Assembly: GCA_036557365.1 (NCBI GenBank)
Contig: DATBHR010000099.1
Location: 340 to 64,339 of the forward strand
DNA: 64,000 nt
Source of the DNA: Vicinamibacterales bacterium
GTDB taxonomy: Bacteria; Acidobacteriota; Vicinamibacteria; Vicinamibacterales; CAVVIG01
Direction: 5' to 3'
Both the position numbers and the translations under genes were made by a program. Position 1 is the stretch's first letter. The number at the start of each line of letters is the position of its first letter. The notes beneath the pieces are model-generated. The model searched no databases. It was given only the letters and a program-made list of their open reading frames with translations, and was not told the DNA's origin. This document shows, one piece after another, positions 25,702 through 37,000 of the stretch.

Positions 25702-26957
25702 CCTGGGACGTCCGCGCGGTGCTCGCGGCGGTGTGCTTCGGCTATCCATTCGTGATGGCCTGGTACTGGATGGCCGGAGGCCTGCTGTTTCGCTACGTCC
25801 GCGAACGGCACGAACCGCTTCCCACGCTTCCTCCGCCTCTCGCCAGTCACCCTCTGGTCTCGATCCTCGTGCCGTGCCACAACGAGGAGAACCAGGCCGC
25901 TGAGACGTTCGGCGCGCTCAGCCAGATCGCCTATCCCAACTTCGAGATCGTCGCCATCAACGACGGCTCGCGCGATCGCACCGGGGAGATCCTCGACGAG
26001 CTGGCCGCGCAGATTCCGCAGATGCGCGTCGTGCACCTGACGAGCAACCAGGGCAAGGCGAACGCGCTCAACGCGGGCGCGCTGCTCGCGCAGGGCGAGC
26101 TTATGGTCTGCATCGATGGCGACGCGCTGCTCGACGCGCACGCGGTCACCTGGTTCGTGCGGCGCATGCAATCCGACGGACGCCTCGGCGCGCTCACCGG
26201 CAACCCGCGGATCCGCAATCGCGGTTCGCTGCTTGGACGCCTGCAGGTCGGCGAGTTCTCGTCGATCGTCGGACTGATCAAGCGCGCGCAAACGGTGTTC
26301 GGCTGGATCTTCTCCGTGTCGGGCGTGATCGTCTGTTTCCGCAAACGCGCCGTCCACGAAGCCGGATGGTGGTCCGCCAGCACTCTCACCGACGACGTCG
26401 AGCTGACGTGGCGGCTGCAGCTCGCGGGCTGGCACGTCGAGTTCGAGCCTCAGGCCGTCTGCTGGATCCTGATGCCGGAGACGCTTCGAGGTTTGTGGCG
26501 CCAGCGCCTGCGCTGGTCGGAGGGCGGCACGCAGACCATTCTCATGTCGCTGCCGAAACTTGTCGCCGAGCCGGTTCGACATGCGCGAGGCTGGCCTGCC
26601 TGCATCAACTACCTCGTGAGCATCCTGTGGGCGTATCTGATTTGCCTCGGCACGCTGATGTGGGTGGTTAGCCGGACAGGCATTCCCGTCATTCCGTTCA
26701 TCCCCGAGTTCCGCATCCTGCCGGAGTGGGCGGGGCTCGTCCTCGCGGTCACCTACCTTCTGCAGGCGTTGATCAGCCTCTTCCTCGACCGGCGCTTCGA
26801 AAAGAGCCTCGGCCGATCGTTTTTCTGGGTCGTGTGGTATCCGCTCGCGTTCTGGAGTCTGCAGGCGATCACGGCCTGTGTCGGCCTGCCGCACGCCATT
26901 TTCCGCATGCGCAATCCCAAGGGGACGTGGACCAGTCCGGATCGAGGGTTCGCATGA
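25698..26957 (+). CDS. pgaC: poly-beta-1,6-N-acetyl-D-glucosamine synthase PgaC (GT2)
   Basis: It contains VSILVPCHNEE, AINDGSRDRT, CIDGDALLD and the Q(R)xRW motif WRQRLRWSEGG. Multiple TM helices are present. Confidence 0.9.
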   Translation: MTWDVRAVLAAVCFGYPFVMAWYWMAGGLLFRYVRERHEPLPTLPPPLASHPLVSILVPCHNEENQAAETFGALSQIAYPNFEIVAINDGSRDRTGEILDELAAQIPQMRVVHLTSNQGKANALNAGALLAQGELMVCIDGDALLDAHAVTWFVRRMQSDGRLGALTGNPRIRNRGSLLGRLQVGEFSSIVGLIKRAQTVFGWIFSVSGVIVCFRKRAVHEAGWWSASTLTDDVELTWRLQLAGWHVEFEPQAVCWILMPETLRGLWRQRLRWSEGGTQTILMSLPKLVAEPVRHARGWPACINYLVSILWAYLICLGTLMWVVSRTGIPVIPFIPEFRILPEWAGLVLAVTYLLQALISLFLDRRFEKSLGRSFFWVVWYPLAFWSLQAITACVGLPHAIFRMRNPKGTWTSPDRGFA

Positions 26958-27439
26958 ATTCCAGTCCTGCGACGCCGGTCGTCACACGCTGGCCGCCGCT
27001 CGTGACAGGCGCACAGCGTCCGTACTGGGTAGGGGTCCGGGATGCGCTGCTCACGTTGATGGCGTGGTTCATTCTCGCGTGGCTGCTCAGGGATCTGGTG
27101 TACCTCGCCTACGACTTCCTGCGTCCTCCGAGGTTCGAATTGACGATCGCGGCTCCGGACCTGGGCGCGCTGTGGGAACGGCTGCAGTACTTCGTCATGG
27201 CGTCGGCGACGCTGATCGCCTCGCTGGCGCTGTGGGCCGCCATCGATCGTCGTCGGCTCCTCGAGGCCGAACGAATTCCGCAACCCAGTCCGTTGACGAT
27301 CGGTGATGAAGCGCATCGGGCCGGCGTCGACGAGAAGTCCATCGGTGAGGCCCGCACACACAAGCTGACGAAGGTCATCTTCCGCGCGGACGGATCGATC
27401 GCGAGCTTCCAGGAAGGCGATCGGGTGGCGCGAGCGTAG
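26954..27439 (+). CDS. pgaD: PgaD-like biofilm PGA synthesis protein
   Basis: A small protein with two TM helices (LLTLMAWFILAWLL and FVMASATLIASLALWAAI). It is translationally coupled (ATGA) to pgaC. The call rests on position and size. Confidence 0.7.
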   Translation: MNSSPATPVVTRWPPLVTGAQRPYWVGVRDALLTLMAWFILAWLLRDLVYLAYDFLRPPRFELTIAAPDLGALWERLQYFVMASATLIASLALWAAIDRRRLLEAERIPQPSPLTIGDEAHRAGVDEKSIGEARTHKLTKVIFRADGSIASFQEGDRVARA

Positions 27440-27440
27440 G

Positions 27441-27587
27441 CTACGTCAGCTTGAACAAACGGCGTGCGTTGCCGGACAGGATCTTCTCGCGGCTCGCCGC
27501 GTCGATCGGCATCACCTGCACCGCCGGAAGCGTCTCGCGATAGAGCCGCGCGCCGAGCTCGTTGTCGTACGGCATGTCGGTCGCGAA
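27441..27587 (-). pseudogene. 3'-terminal fragment of a second amidohydrolase gene (paralogous to 31588-31734)
   Basis: A 147-bp stretch aligns colinearly with the last 147 bp of the intact amidohydrolase gene, about 85-90 percent identical by eye. It would encode ...[48 protein letters not shown]. Confidence 0.7.
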
Positions 27588-27589
27588 CG

Positions 27590-27673
27590 AGTGCGGTGGC
27601 GTGGGGGAGGCGGAGCGTGCGGTGAAGCTCGCCGTGCACGCCGAGAGAGTATCAGCGAAGAAGCGCGACTGCC
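27590..27673 (-). pseudogene. 5' fragment plus upstream leader of a second APC permease gene (paralogous to 33922-34004)
   Basis: About 85 bp show roughly 8 mismatches to the start region of the intact permease. It encodes MHGELHRTLRLPHATALV and then joins the amidohydrolase tail out of frame. Confidence 0.65.
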
Positions 27674-27690
27674 TAGGGCGGATTGTCGAG

Positions 27691-28539
27691 TCAGTGCGAG
27701 GCGGGATCTTCGTCCAGGTACTTCACGAACACGACCTCGTTCCGCTGCTCGTTGTAGAGCAGCTCGTCGACGCTCGCGCGCACTGTCAGCAAGCCGAAGC
27801 CTCCGGGACGAATGCCCTTCGCCTCGCGGACTTCCATGTGCGCGATCGGATCTTCGGACGGCTGGCCGACCGCGGCGTGCGGCAAGTCCTCGAGATTGAA
27901 TCCGGTTCCCGGATCGGCGATGCGGTACATGATCATCCGCTTCGCGCGCAGGCAGGCGATGCGGACGGTTCGCGACGGATCGAGCTTGCCGCCCCATTCG
28001 ACGGCGTTCAACAGCAGCTCGCGGAAGGCATAACCGATCGACGCGCGCACATCGGGCGCGAGATCGGCATCGAGCTGCGACATGACTGCCTCGATGTGCC
28101 CCGCCGCCTCGCGCGTGCACGGCACGACGAGCTCGACCCACTCGGGGCGCGCCGAAATCACGTCGACGCGCGGAGGGTTGGACACGGCCAGCGCCTCGCG
28201 GACGGTTTCGAGGAGCTGGTCCGCCTGCACCGGCTTGTGGACGTAGTTAATCGCCTGTTCGCGCACGGCCTTCAGCAGGGTTTCCGGCGCATCGTCCGAC
28301 GTCATCACGACCACGCGCGGCCGCGCTTCGATCGCGCGAAGTTTCGCCAGCAGCTCCAGACCGTTCATCCGCGGCATCCAGACGTCGAGCAGCATGAGAT
28401 CGAATGGCTCCGAGCCGAGCGTTTTGAGCGCCTCGAGGCCGTCTCCTGCGACGGCCGTCGAAAACCCCGCACGCGTCAGGATGCTCTTCAGCATGTGACA
28501 CGTGGCCTTGTCATCGTCGACGACGAGAATCTTGTTCAT
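27691..28539 (-). CDS. response regulator: REC domain fused to a GHKL/SpoIIAB-RsbW-like ATPase domain
   Basis: The REC part is [21 protein letters not shown]...[18 protein letters not shown]...VVVMTS. The C-terminal part, [15 protein letters not shown]...[10 protein letters not shown]...RPGGFGLL, is HATPase_c-like. Its ATG overlaps the kinase stop (ATGA). Confidence 0.8.
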   Translation of the reverse strand: MNKILVVDDDKATCHMLKSILTRAGFSTAVAGDGLEALKTLGSEPFDLMLLDVWMPRMNGLELLAKLRAIEARPRVVVMTSDDAPETLLKAVREQAINYVHKPVQADQLLETVREALAVSNPPRVDVISARPEWVELVVPCTREAAGHIEAVMSQLDADLAPDVRASIGYAFRELLLNAVEWGGKLDPSRTVRIACLRAKRMIMYRIADPGTGFNLEDLPHAAVGQPSEDPIAHMEVREAKGIRPGGFGLLTVRASVDELLYNEQRNEVVFVKYLDEDPASH

Positions 28540-31500
28540 GATCGCGCGCGCTTTCGGGATGAGCGGTGCGTGCGGGCCGTTGTCGCCCGCCGCGGCCGCC
28601 GCGACGTCAGGCGTGCCCTGGCCAGCGCGTGCTCGAGCCGCTCGAGCTCCCGGCGCAGCTTCGCGTACGCCGGGCCGGCGCGTTCGAAGTCCTGCGAGCG
28701 AGCCATTTCTTCGAGATCCGCCGCGACCTGCCGCGCCGCCGGCGCACCCACGGTCGCAATGGATCCCTTGAGTCGATGTGCAGCCAGTCGAAGCGCTTCG
28801 GGATCGCGTCCCCGGAGCGCGCGATCGATCGTGCGCAACGACGATGGATAGTCCGTGCGAAAGAGCTGGATGACCTCTCTGAGAAGACCGCGATCGCCGC
28901 CGGTGTACGAAAGTGCGGTTGGCTCGTCGAAGACCAACTCGCTCGGCTCCGGCGGGCTGACCGGTGCAGCAGCGGACGCATCGCCGGTCCCGAACCGCTC
29001 GACGGCGGCGATCAACTCATCGACATCGATCGGTTTCGCAAGGTATCCATCGAAACCCGCTTCGAGACAGCGGGCGCGATCGCCTTGCATCGCGTGAGCG
29101 GTCAAAGCAATGAGCGGCAATCGCCGCGCACCGTCGCGCTCCTGATTGCGGATCACGCCGGCGGCCTCCAACCCACCCATCTCTGGCATCTGGAGGTCCA
29201 TCAGCACGGCATCGAACGGCGCCGCGGCGTGAGACGCTACCGCGTCCACTGCCTCGCGGCCGTTCTCAACAGCCTTGACCGTGTGCCCGCGCTTTCTGAG
29301 CAGCGTCGTCACCAGCTTGCGATTCACCGGATTGTCTTCCGCAACGAGCACGCGCAAGAGACGGAGCGGCCGCACACCAATCCGCGCCGTCGTCGGCTCG
29401 GTGCGCGCGTGTCGCGTCGCGACGCCGAAGAGCCGGCCGAACGCGTCGAGCAGATCGGAATGCTTGGCCGGCTTGGTCAGCAACACATCGACGTCGTTCC
29501 TGTGCCGTCGCGTGCGATCGTTCGACTGTCCGACCGAGGTCAGCATCACGATGGGCGTCTTCGCGAGCCGCCGCACCTTTCTGACCCGGCGCGCGAGCAT
29601 GAACCCGTCGACGTCGGGCATCTGGCAGTCGGACACCATCACGTCGAATTTCGTGCCCGCGTCCGCAGCCGTCTTCAGCGCCGACATGGCCGATTCGGCA
29701 TCACTCACCGTGGTCGGCAGCATGTGCCAGCTCGCGAGCATCTCCTCGAGGATGCGGCGGTTCGTCGCGTTGTCGTCCACGACGAGCACGCGCAATCCTT
29801 CGAGCGCGCGCGGTTTGGCGCGTGTGACCGGCGTGTCCGCCGCTTGCGGCTTGTCGAACGTCGCCGTGAAGAAGAACGTGCTGCCCCGGCCCTCGGTGCT
29901 CTCGACCCAGACCCTGCCGCCCATGAGCTCGACGAGGCGCGCGACGATCGTGAGACCCAGGCCCGTGCCGCCGTAGCGCCGGGTCGTGGAGCTGTCGGCC
30001 TGGGTGAACGCCCGGAAAATGTGCGGTAGCTTCTCCTGCGGGATGCCGATGCCGGTGTCGCTGACGGCGAACTGAAGCGTCACTCGATCGGTGTTCACGG
30101 TCTGTACGCTGACGCGCAGGACGACTTCGCCCTGCGCCGTGAACTTCACGGCGTTCCCCATCACGTTCAACAAAACCTGACGAAGACGCCCGCTGTCGCC
30201 CAGCAGCACCTCTGGCACGTCCGCCTTGATGTGACACGCGAGCTCGATGCCTTTTTCGGCAGCCCTGAGCGCGAGCAGCTTGGCGGCGTCGCCGACGGTT
30301 TCGCGAAGATCGATGGGGGCGCGTTCGAGATCGAGCCGCTGCGCCTCGATTTTCGAGAAGTCGAGGACGTCGTTGACGATCTCCAGCAGCGACTGCGCCG
30401 ACGACTGCACCGTCGTCAAATAGTCTCGTTGTTCCGCCGAGAGCCGCGTCTTGAGCGCGAGCGCGGTCATGCCCAGGATGCCGTTGAGCGGCGTCCGTAT
30501 CTCGTGGCTCATGTTCGCGAGGAACGCGCTCTTCGCCTCGGTCGCTTCTTCGGCCCTGCGCTTTGCGATCTCCAGCTCTTTGACGAGCTGGGCGAGCCGC
30601 GCCGCCTGATCCTCGAGCTCGCGCTGGCTCTCCTCGAGCTCGCGCGCGTAGCTCGCCATCGTTTCTTCTGCGGCCTTCCGTTCCGTGATGTCCCGCGCGG
30701 CGGCGTACACCACCTGCTGTTCGCGGAGCGGCGTCGAGGTCCACATCAACCAGCGCAGCGTGCCGTCCTTGTGAAGGTAGCGATTCTCGAAGTAAACGAC
30801 TTCCTGTCCCAGCTCGACCTGCTTCCGTACTTCGGCGACCGTGGCCTCGCGATCGTCCGGGTGCACGAACTCCATGTAGGGGCGCGACAGCAGCTCCGCT
30901 TCGGAATATCCCAGCAGGCGCTGCCAGGCCGGGTTGATGCGCTGGAAGTAGCCGTCGAATCCCGCGATGCAGAGCATGTCGAGCGAGAGCATGAAGAAGC
31001 GATCGAGCTCTTCCTGCGCGCGGCGGCGTTCGACGAACAATCCGATCTGGTTGCCGATGCTCGTGAGCATCGACAGCAGATCCTCGTCCGGCGGCCGGAT
31101 GTCGCGGCTGAAGAACTCCATGACGCTGAGCACGTCGCCGCGGAGCAGGATCGGAAATCCGAATGCGGCGTGCAGCCCTTCGCGGGCCGCGACGCTGGCG
31201 CGCGGAAAGTTCGGGTCCTGGACGACGTCGAGGATCCAGGACGGCTGAGCGGTGGCCCAGACGCGACCCGGAAGGCCGACGCCCCGCGGGAATGTCGAGG
31301 TCGCGCTGATCGTGTGGAAATCGGGAAAGTCGACGGATTCAGCCGGCCAGGCCTGACTGCAGCGAAGAACGTCCGTTTCCCGGTCGACGGTCCACAGCGC
31401 GCCGTACTCCCAGTCGAGCGCCTTGCAAATCGCCTCGAGAATCTTCGGCGCTGCGTCCGCGAACGTCGACGCTTCCACGAGCGCACGCGCGACGACATGC

Positions 31501-31562
31501 TCGGCCGTGAGACGTCGCTCGGCCAACCCGTTGCCGCTCGGTGCGCGAGCCTGGCGTGCCAT
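28536..31562 (-). CDS. hybrid sensor histidine kinase (GAF-PAS-HisKA-HATPase-REC-REC-HPt)
   Basis: Domains in order: GAF ([13 protein letters not shown]...GLPGRVW); PAS ([27 protein letters not shown]); H-box ([18 protein letters not shown]); N/G boxes (NAVKFT, DTGIGI, GGTGLGL); two receiver domains ([14 protein letters not shown] and [13 protein letters not shown]); and a C-terminal HPt (AHRLKGS). I take the ATG at 31560-31562. The longer track ORF runs into the repeat and amidohydrolase tail. Confidence 0.9.
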   Translation of the reverse strand: MARQARAPSGNGLAERRLTAEHVVARALVEASTFADAAPKILEAICKALDWEYGALWTVDRETDVLRCSQAWPAESVDFPDFHTISATSTFPRGVGLPGRVWATAQPSWILDVVQDPNFPRASVAAREGLHAAFGFPILLRGDVLSVMEFFSRDIRPPDEDLLSMLTSIGNQIGLFVERRRAQEELDRFFMLSLDMLCIAGFDGYFQRINPAWQRLLGYSEAELLSRPYMEFVHPDDREATVAEVRKQVELGQEVVYFENRYLHKDGTLRWLMWTSTPLREQQVVYAAARDITERKAAEETMASYARELEESQRELEDQAARLAQLVKELEIAKRRAEEATEAKSAFLANMSHEIRTPLNGILGMTALALKTRLSAEQRDYLTTVQSSAQSLLEIVNDVLDFSKIEAQRLDLERAPIDLRETVGDAAKLLALRAAEKGIELACHIKADVPEVLLGDSGRLRQVLLNVMGNAVKFTAQGEVVLRVSVQTVNTDRVTLQFAVSDTGIGIPQEKLPHIFRAFTQADSSTTRRYGGTGLGLTIVARLVELMGGRVWVESTEGRGSTFFFTATFDKPQAADTPVTRAKPRALEGLRVLVVDDNATNRRILEEMLASWHMLPTTVSDAESAMSALKTAADAGTKFDVMVSDCQMPDVDGFMLARRVRKVRRLAKTPIVMLTSVGQSNDRTRRHRNDVDVLLTKPAKHSDLLDAFGRLFGVATRHARTEPTTARIGVRPLRLLRVLVAEDNPVNRKLVTTLLRKRGHTVKAVENGREAVDAVASHAAAPFDAVLMDLQMPEMGGLEAAGVIRNQERDGARRLPLIALTAHAMQGDRARCLEAGFDGYLAKPIDVDELIAAVERFGTGDASAAAPVSPPEPSELVFDEPTALSYTGGDRGLLREVIQLFRTDYPSSLRTIDRALRGRDPEALRLAAHRLKGSIATVGAPAARQVAADLEEMARSQDFERAGPAYAKLRRELERLEHALARARLTSRRPRRATTARTHRSSRKRARS

Positions 31563-31587
31563 GGGCCAAGGCTGACGATTATATCGG

Positions 31588-32598
31588 CTACGCCAGCCTG
31601 AACAGGCGCCGTGCGTTGCCGGACAGGATCTTCGCGCGGCTCGCATCGTCGATCGGCATCGCCTGCACCGCAGGAATCGTCTCGCGATAGAGACGTGTGC
31701 CGAGCTCGTTGTCGTACGGCATGTCGGTCGCGAAGACCATGTGGTCGGCGCCGAAAAATTCATACGCGCACATCAACGCCGGTGTGTTGCCCTGAATCGC
31801 GGTGTCGCAGTAGAACCGTCGGTAGTAATCGAGCGGCGAATGCGTCAGCGTCTGGCCATCGCCGCTGTATCCCATCCGCTCGATGTTGAAATCCCACGAC
31901 AGTTCGACGCGCTTGTGGAAGAACGGGATCATGCCGCCGGCGTGATGGGTGATGATTTTCAGGTTCGGAAATCGTTCCAATACACCGCCGAACGCGAGCC
32001 GCGCCATCGCCAGCGACGTCTCGAACGGCCAGCCGAAATTTGTGTAGATGAGGAACTTCGATCGTTCTTCACCGGCGTAGTCGGCAGTCGTGTTGGTGCG
32101 CCGCGGATGGAGCAGTATGGGCAGATCGAAGGTCTGCATCTGCTCGAAGAGCGGCAGGAACTCGGGAGCGTCGAGCGGCACGCCGTTGATGTCGGTGAAC
32201 ATCTCGACGCCGCGAAATCCGAGATCCGTGATCGCGCGCCGCATCTCGACGAGGGCCGCATCGACATCGCTCATCGGCAAACATGCGCACGCCGTGACGA
32301 AGCGCGACGGATACTTCGCAACGAGCTCCGCCATCTCATCGTTCGCGATGCGAGCGCATTCGACGGCATCAACGGGCGACGTGATGCTTTCGACGTTCGG
32401 CCCGGCCTCGGTCAGGATCTGGACGACGTCCGGGTACTGATCCATCACGCGGAAGCGGATGTCGAGGTCGGTCAGCCCTGGATTGGCCTTCCAGTATTTC
32501 GCGTATTGCGTTCCGAAGCGCGATCCGGCGCGGCTGTTGCGTTCGTGCAGATATCGCGGCGTGAGAATGTGAGCGAAGACGTCAACAATGGGCGGCAT
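31588..32598 (-). CDS. amidohydrolase-2 family protein (ACMSD-like metal-dependent hydrolase/decarboxylase)
   Basis: It starts [16 protein letters not shown]... and contains ...[12 protein letters not shown]...FATDMPYD. The start is taken at 32598, 10 nt after the permease stop. The track ORF starts at 32637. Confidence 0.75.
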   Translation of the reverse strand: MPPIVDVFAHILTPRYLHERNSRAGSRFGTQYAKYWKANPGLTDLDIRFRVMDQYPDVVQILTEAGPNVESITSPVDAVECARIANDEMAELVAKYPSRFVTACACLPMSDVDAALVEMRRAITDLGFRGVEMFTDINGVPLDAPEFLPLFEQMQTFDLPILLHPRRTNTTADYAGEERSKFLIYTNFGWPFETSLAMARLAFGGVLERFPNLKIITHHAGGMIPFFHKRVELSWDFNIERMGYSGDGQTLTHSPLDYYRRFYCDTAIQGNTPALMCAYEFFGADHMVFATDMPYDNELGTRLYRETIPAVQAMPIDDASRAKILSGNARRLFRLA

Positions 32599-32608
32599 CA
32601 GGGTGGTA

Positions 32609-33970
32609 TCAGTCGTTGAGGGCAGCTGCCGTCGCACGTTGCGGCGCGAGCACTGCGCGAGGCCGGCGCCAGATGTAATACACGGGAATTCCCGCGGCGA
32701 CCAGCGCGAGGCCGGCGGCGCTGTCCAGCGGAAACGCCAACAGGCGATTGATCACGATCGCGGTCGCGGCGACCACGAACGCGATCGGCGTCCACGGATA
32801 ACCCCACACGCGATAGACCGGCCGGTACTCCGGCCGTCGCCGGAGGAGAAAGATGCCGCCCGCCATCAGCGCGAAGAAGATCCACTCGGTGAAGATGACG
32901 CGCGAGAACAGCTGACGGTACGTGCCCGTCAGGACGAGCACCGACGCCCAGACCGCCTGGATGGCGATCGCGCGGTGCGGCGTCCCGAACCGCGGATGCA
33001 GATGGTTGACCCACGGCAGGAACAGACCGTCCTTCGCCATCGCGAAATAGACGCGCGGTGCGGCGAGGATGCTGCCCATCATGGCGCCAAACACGGAGAA
33101 CATCACGAGCGCCGCGATGCCTCGCGCGCCTGCGTCGCCGAGGACGACCGCTGCCGCGTCGGCGGCGACGCGCGTCGACGCCAGCACGCGGTCGATCGGC
33201 AGGATGTAGAAGTACACCGCGTTGAGCGCGACGTAGGCCGCGGTGACGATGGCGATGCCGAGACCGAGCGCGCGGGGAATCGTGCGCTCCGGATCGACGG
33301 TCTCCTCCGCGGTGTAGGTGACAACGTGCCAGCCTCCGAACGCGAACAGGCCGGCGACGACGGCGAGCAGAAACTCGGAGAACACGATCGTCGAGCCGAC
33401 GGCAGCATGCTGCTCGATCGATGGCGCGCTGCGGGCCGGCAGCTGTGAGCCGAGGGCGAATCCGACGACGACGATCAAGGCCACAGCCCCGACCTTCGTC
33501 GCTGTGATCGTCGTCTGAAGGCTGCTGCTGCGCTTGACGCCCGCGTAGTTGATCGCCGAGTTGATCAGGATCGCTGCGACGGCAACCGCGCGCATGCCTC
33601 CGTCGCCAAGCGGGACGAAGACGCCGGCATAACGCGCGAAGACCATCGACATCGCCGCGATGATGCCTGAGTGCATGACCCAGAACATCGCCCAGCCCCA
33701 GAGAAAGCCGGCGAGCGGCGAGTAGATCTCGCGCAGGAAGACGTAGACGCCGCCGGTGCGTGGAAACGCGGTGGCGAGCTCGGCGCAGGCGAGAGCGCCG
33801 AACAGCGTCAGCACGCCCGAGACCACCCACACCGCGAGCACTCCGACCACGCTGGGCACGTGATGCGTCACTTCCGACGCCTGCACGAACACCGCCGATC
33901 CGATGATCGTGCCGACGACGAGCGCGGTTGCGTGGGAGAGGCGAAGCGTGCGGTGGAGCTCGCCGTGCAC
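32609..33970 (-). CDS. APC-family amino acid permease
   Basis: It has about 12 predicted TM helices. The N-terminus, LSHATALVVGTIIGSAVFV, is typical of amino-acid/polyamine permeases. The start codon is GTG. Confidence 0.85.
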   Translation of the reverse strand: MHGELHRTLRLSHATALVVGTIIGSAVFVQASEVTHHVPSVVGVLAVWVVSGVLTLFGALACAELATAFPRTGGVYVFLREIYSPLAGFLWGWAMFWVMHSGIIAAMSMVFARYAGVFVPLGDGGMRAVAVAAILINSAINYAGVKRSSSLQTTITATKVGAVALIVVVGFALGSQLPARSAPSIEQHAAVGSTIVFSEFLLAVVAGLFAFGGWHVVTYTAEETVDPERTIPRALGLGIAIVTAAYVALNAVYFYILPIDRVLASTRVAADAAAVVLGDAGARGIAALVMFSVFGAMMGSILAAPRVYFAMAKDGLFLPWVNHLHPRFGTPHRAIAIQAVWASVLVLTGTYRQLFSRVIFTEWIFFALMAGGIFLLRRRPEYRPVYRVWGYPWTPIAFVVAATAIVINRLLAFPLDSAAGLALVAAGIPVYYIWRRPRAVLAPQRATAAALND

Positions 33971-34061
33971 GACGAGAGCGTATCAGCGAAGAAGTGCGAC
34001 TGCCAGAGCGCATTCGCGGGCTGTCTGCTGGTTTGATAAGGTATCCGCCAAGGAGCGGATC

Positions 34062-37000
34062 ATGTCATTCCGAAGGCTCGCGCTCGCATCCGTCGCGCTC
34101 GTCGTCGCCGGCGTCGTTCATCGCGCCCCGCTGTCGGCCAACGGCCAGGGCACGCGGCTGCTGCGCTCGCCGACGGTCAGCGCGACGCAGATCGCGTTCG
34201 CGTACGCGAACAACATCTGGATTGTCGAGCGCGCCGGCGGCGCCGCGCGGCGCCTGACGAGCTTCCAGGGACAGACATCGAATCCGCACTTTTCTCCTGA
34301 TGGCACCACCATCGCGTTCAGCGGCGAGTACGCCGGCAACACCGACGTCTACATCGTGCCCGTCGCGGGTGGCGAACCAACGCGGCTCACGTGGCATCCC
34401 GGCGCCGACACCGCGCAGGGATGGACGCCTGATGGCACGAAGGTCCTCTTCACGTCGTCGCGCGCGAGCGCCGCGCCCAACGCGACGCCACGGTTCTGGA
34501 TGGTGCCCGCAGCAGGCGGCGTCGAGGAGCCGATGCAGTTGCCGCGCGGCTACCAGGGCAAGCTGTCGCCTGACGGCTCACACATCGCGTATCGCATGAA
34601 CTCGTCGTGGGACGAGGAGCGCCGGAATTATCGCGGCGGGCAGAACCGTCCGATCTGGGTCGTCGATCTCAAGACGTTCGATCTCGTCTCGCCACCGTGG
34701 ACGGATTCGAAGGATGTCGATCCGGCGTGGATCGGCGACACGGTGTACTTCATCTCCGATCGCGATGGCGTCGCGAACGTCTGGTCGTTCGAGCCGAACA
34801 CCAAGAAGCTCGCGCAGCTGACGCGCTTCACCGACTTCGACGTCAAGACGCTCGACTCCGGCGGCGGCAGTATCGTCTTCGAGCAGGCCGGCTACGTCCA
34901 CGAGCTCGACCCGCGCTCCGGCAAAGAGCACATCGTCACCATTACCGCCGCCGGCGACTTTCCCTGGATGATGCCGCACTGGGAGGATGTGACGACGCGC
35001 ATGACGAATATCGGGTTGTCGCCGACCGGTAAGCGCGCGGTCGCCGAGGCGCGCGGCGAGATCTTCACGATCCCGGTGGAGAAAGGCGACGTGCGCAACA
35101 TGACGCACTCGAGCGCGTCGGCGGAGCGCGACCCGGCGTGGTCGCCGGACGGCAAGTACCTCTCGTACTTCAGCGACAAGAGCGGCGAGTATCAGCTCGT
35201 CATCGAGGAGCAGGACGGCCTGACGCCGCCGCGGACCATCGCGCTCGAACGGCCAACCCACTACTACACGCCGGGCTGGTCGCCTGATTCGAAGAAGCTG
35301 GTCTACACCGACACGAATCTCAAGGTGTGGGTGATGGACGTGGCCAGCGGCAAGGCGAAGATTGTCGGCAGCGATCCGTGGATGGTGCCGCAGCGCACGG
35401 TCAACCCGACGTGGAGCCCGGACAGCAAGTGGATCGCGTATGCGGTCCACCTCAACTCGCTCTATCACGCGATCGTCGTCGCGAACGTGGAGAGCGGTGA
35501 GACCAAACAGGTGACCGATGGCCTCGCCGACGCGATCTGGCCGGTGTGGGACGCGAGCGGCAAGTATTTGTGGTTCCTCGCGTCCACCGATTTCGGTTTG
35601 AAATCGCAGTGGCTCGACATGACGTCCTATCCGTACAACCCGACGTTCGGTCTCTACCTCGCCGTGCTGAAGAAATCCGATCCGAGCCCGCTGCTGCCCG
35701 AGAGCGACGAGGACAAAGGCGTCGGCAGCACGTCGCGTCGCCGTGAGGGCAGCGATTCGGAAGACGATTCATCGCCCGACCGCGCCACAACATCTCCAGG
35801 CGCGCCGGCGGCGGCATCGGTCACGGTCCAGATCGATTTCACCGGCCTGGCGCAGCGGATCATCGCCGTGCCCGGCATGCCGGAACGCGCGTACTCGCAC
35901 CTGAAAGCCGGCGTGTCGGGAACCGTTTTCTATCTCGAGACCGACTCGCCGTCTGCGGCCGACGCGGGACCGGCGACGAGAGGGAGCGCGTTGATGCGGT
36001 ACCGCCTGCGCGACCGCCGCGCCGCGCGGTTCATGAGCAACGTCGCCGAGTACAGCGTCAGCGCCGACGGTCGCAAGTTGCTGTACCGCACGGCGTCGGA
36101 AGGCGGAGGCCGTGGAGCGGCAGCGAACGAGAGCCGTCCGCAGTTGTTCGTCGTCGACGCCGATCGCGCGGTGCCGCAGGCCGGACAGGGCCACGTCAAC
36201 GCGACGCTGCGGATGTTTCTGGAGCCGAAGGCCGAGTTCGCGCAGATCTTCAACGAGGGCTGGCGCAATCAGCGCGACTACCTCTACGTGAAGAACATGC
36301 ACGGGACCAACTGGGCGGACGACAAGGAGCGCTACGGCGAGATGCTGCCGTACGTGAACCATCGCGCCGACCTGAACTACCTGCTCGACACGATGGGAGC
36401 GGAAATCGCCATCGGCCACTCGTACGTGCGCGGCGGCGCGATGCCGGAAGTTCCCGCGTCGGTCGGCGGCCTGCTCGGCGCTGACTTCACGATCGAGAGC
36501 GGCCGCTACAAGATCGCGCGCATCTACGACAACGAGAGCTGGAACGTCGACCTGCACGCGCCGCTGGCCGGACCCGGCGTCGACGTCAACGTCGGCGACT
36601 TCATCGTCGCCATCAACGGCGTCGAGCTGCGTGCGCCCGACAATATTTATCGCCTGCTCGATGGCACGTCGGGGCGACAAACGGTGATCGCGGTCAACAG
36701 CCGGCCGTCGATGGACGGCGCGCGCAATGTCACGGTCGTGCCCGTGCCGAACGAGCAGCCGCTGCGCACGCGCGCGTGGGTCGAAGCGAATCGGCGGCTC
36801 GTCGACAAGCTCTCCGAGGGCAAGCTCGCGTACGTGTATCTGCCGAACACCGGTCAGCCCGGCTACAGCAGCTTCAACCGGTACTACTTCTCGCAGCAGG
36901 ACAAGAAAGGCGCCGTCATCGACGAACGCTACAACGGCGGCGGATCGGCGGCGGACTACATCATCGACGTCCTGCAGCGCGACTTCGACGGCTACTTCAA

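Noticed and set aside
31563-31763. An N-terminal 67-codon extension of the histidine kinase ORF (the track start at 31763)
   Set aside because: The extension overlaps the amidohydrolase 3' end in another frame and reads as Arg/Cys/Ser-rich noise. The same noise peptide appears at the scar copy because of the DNA repeat. The ATG at 31562 was chosen instead.
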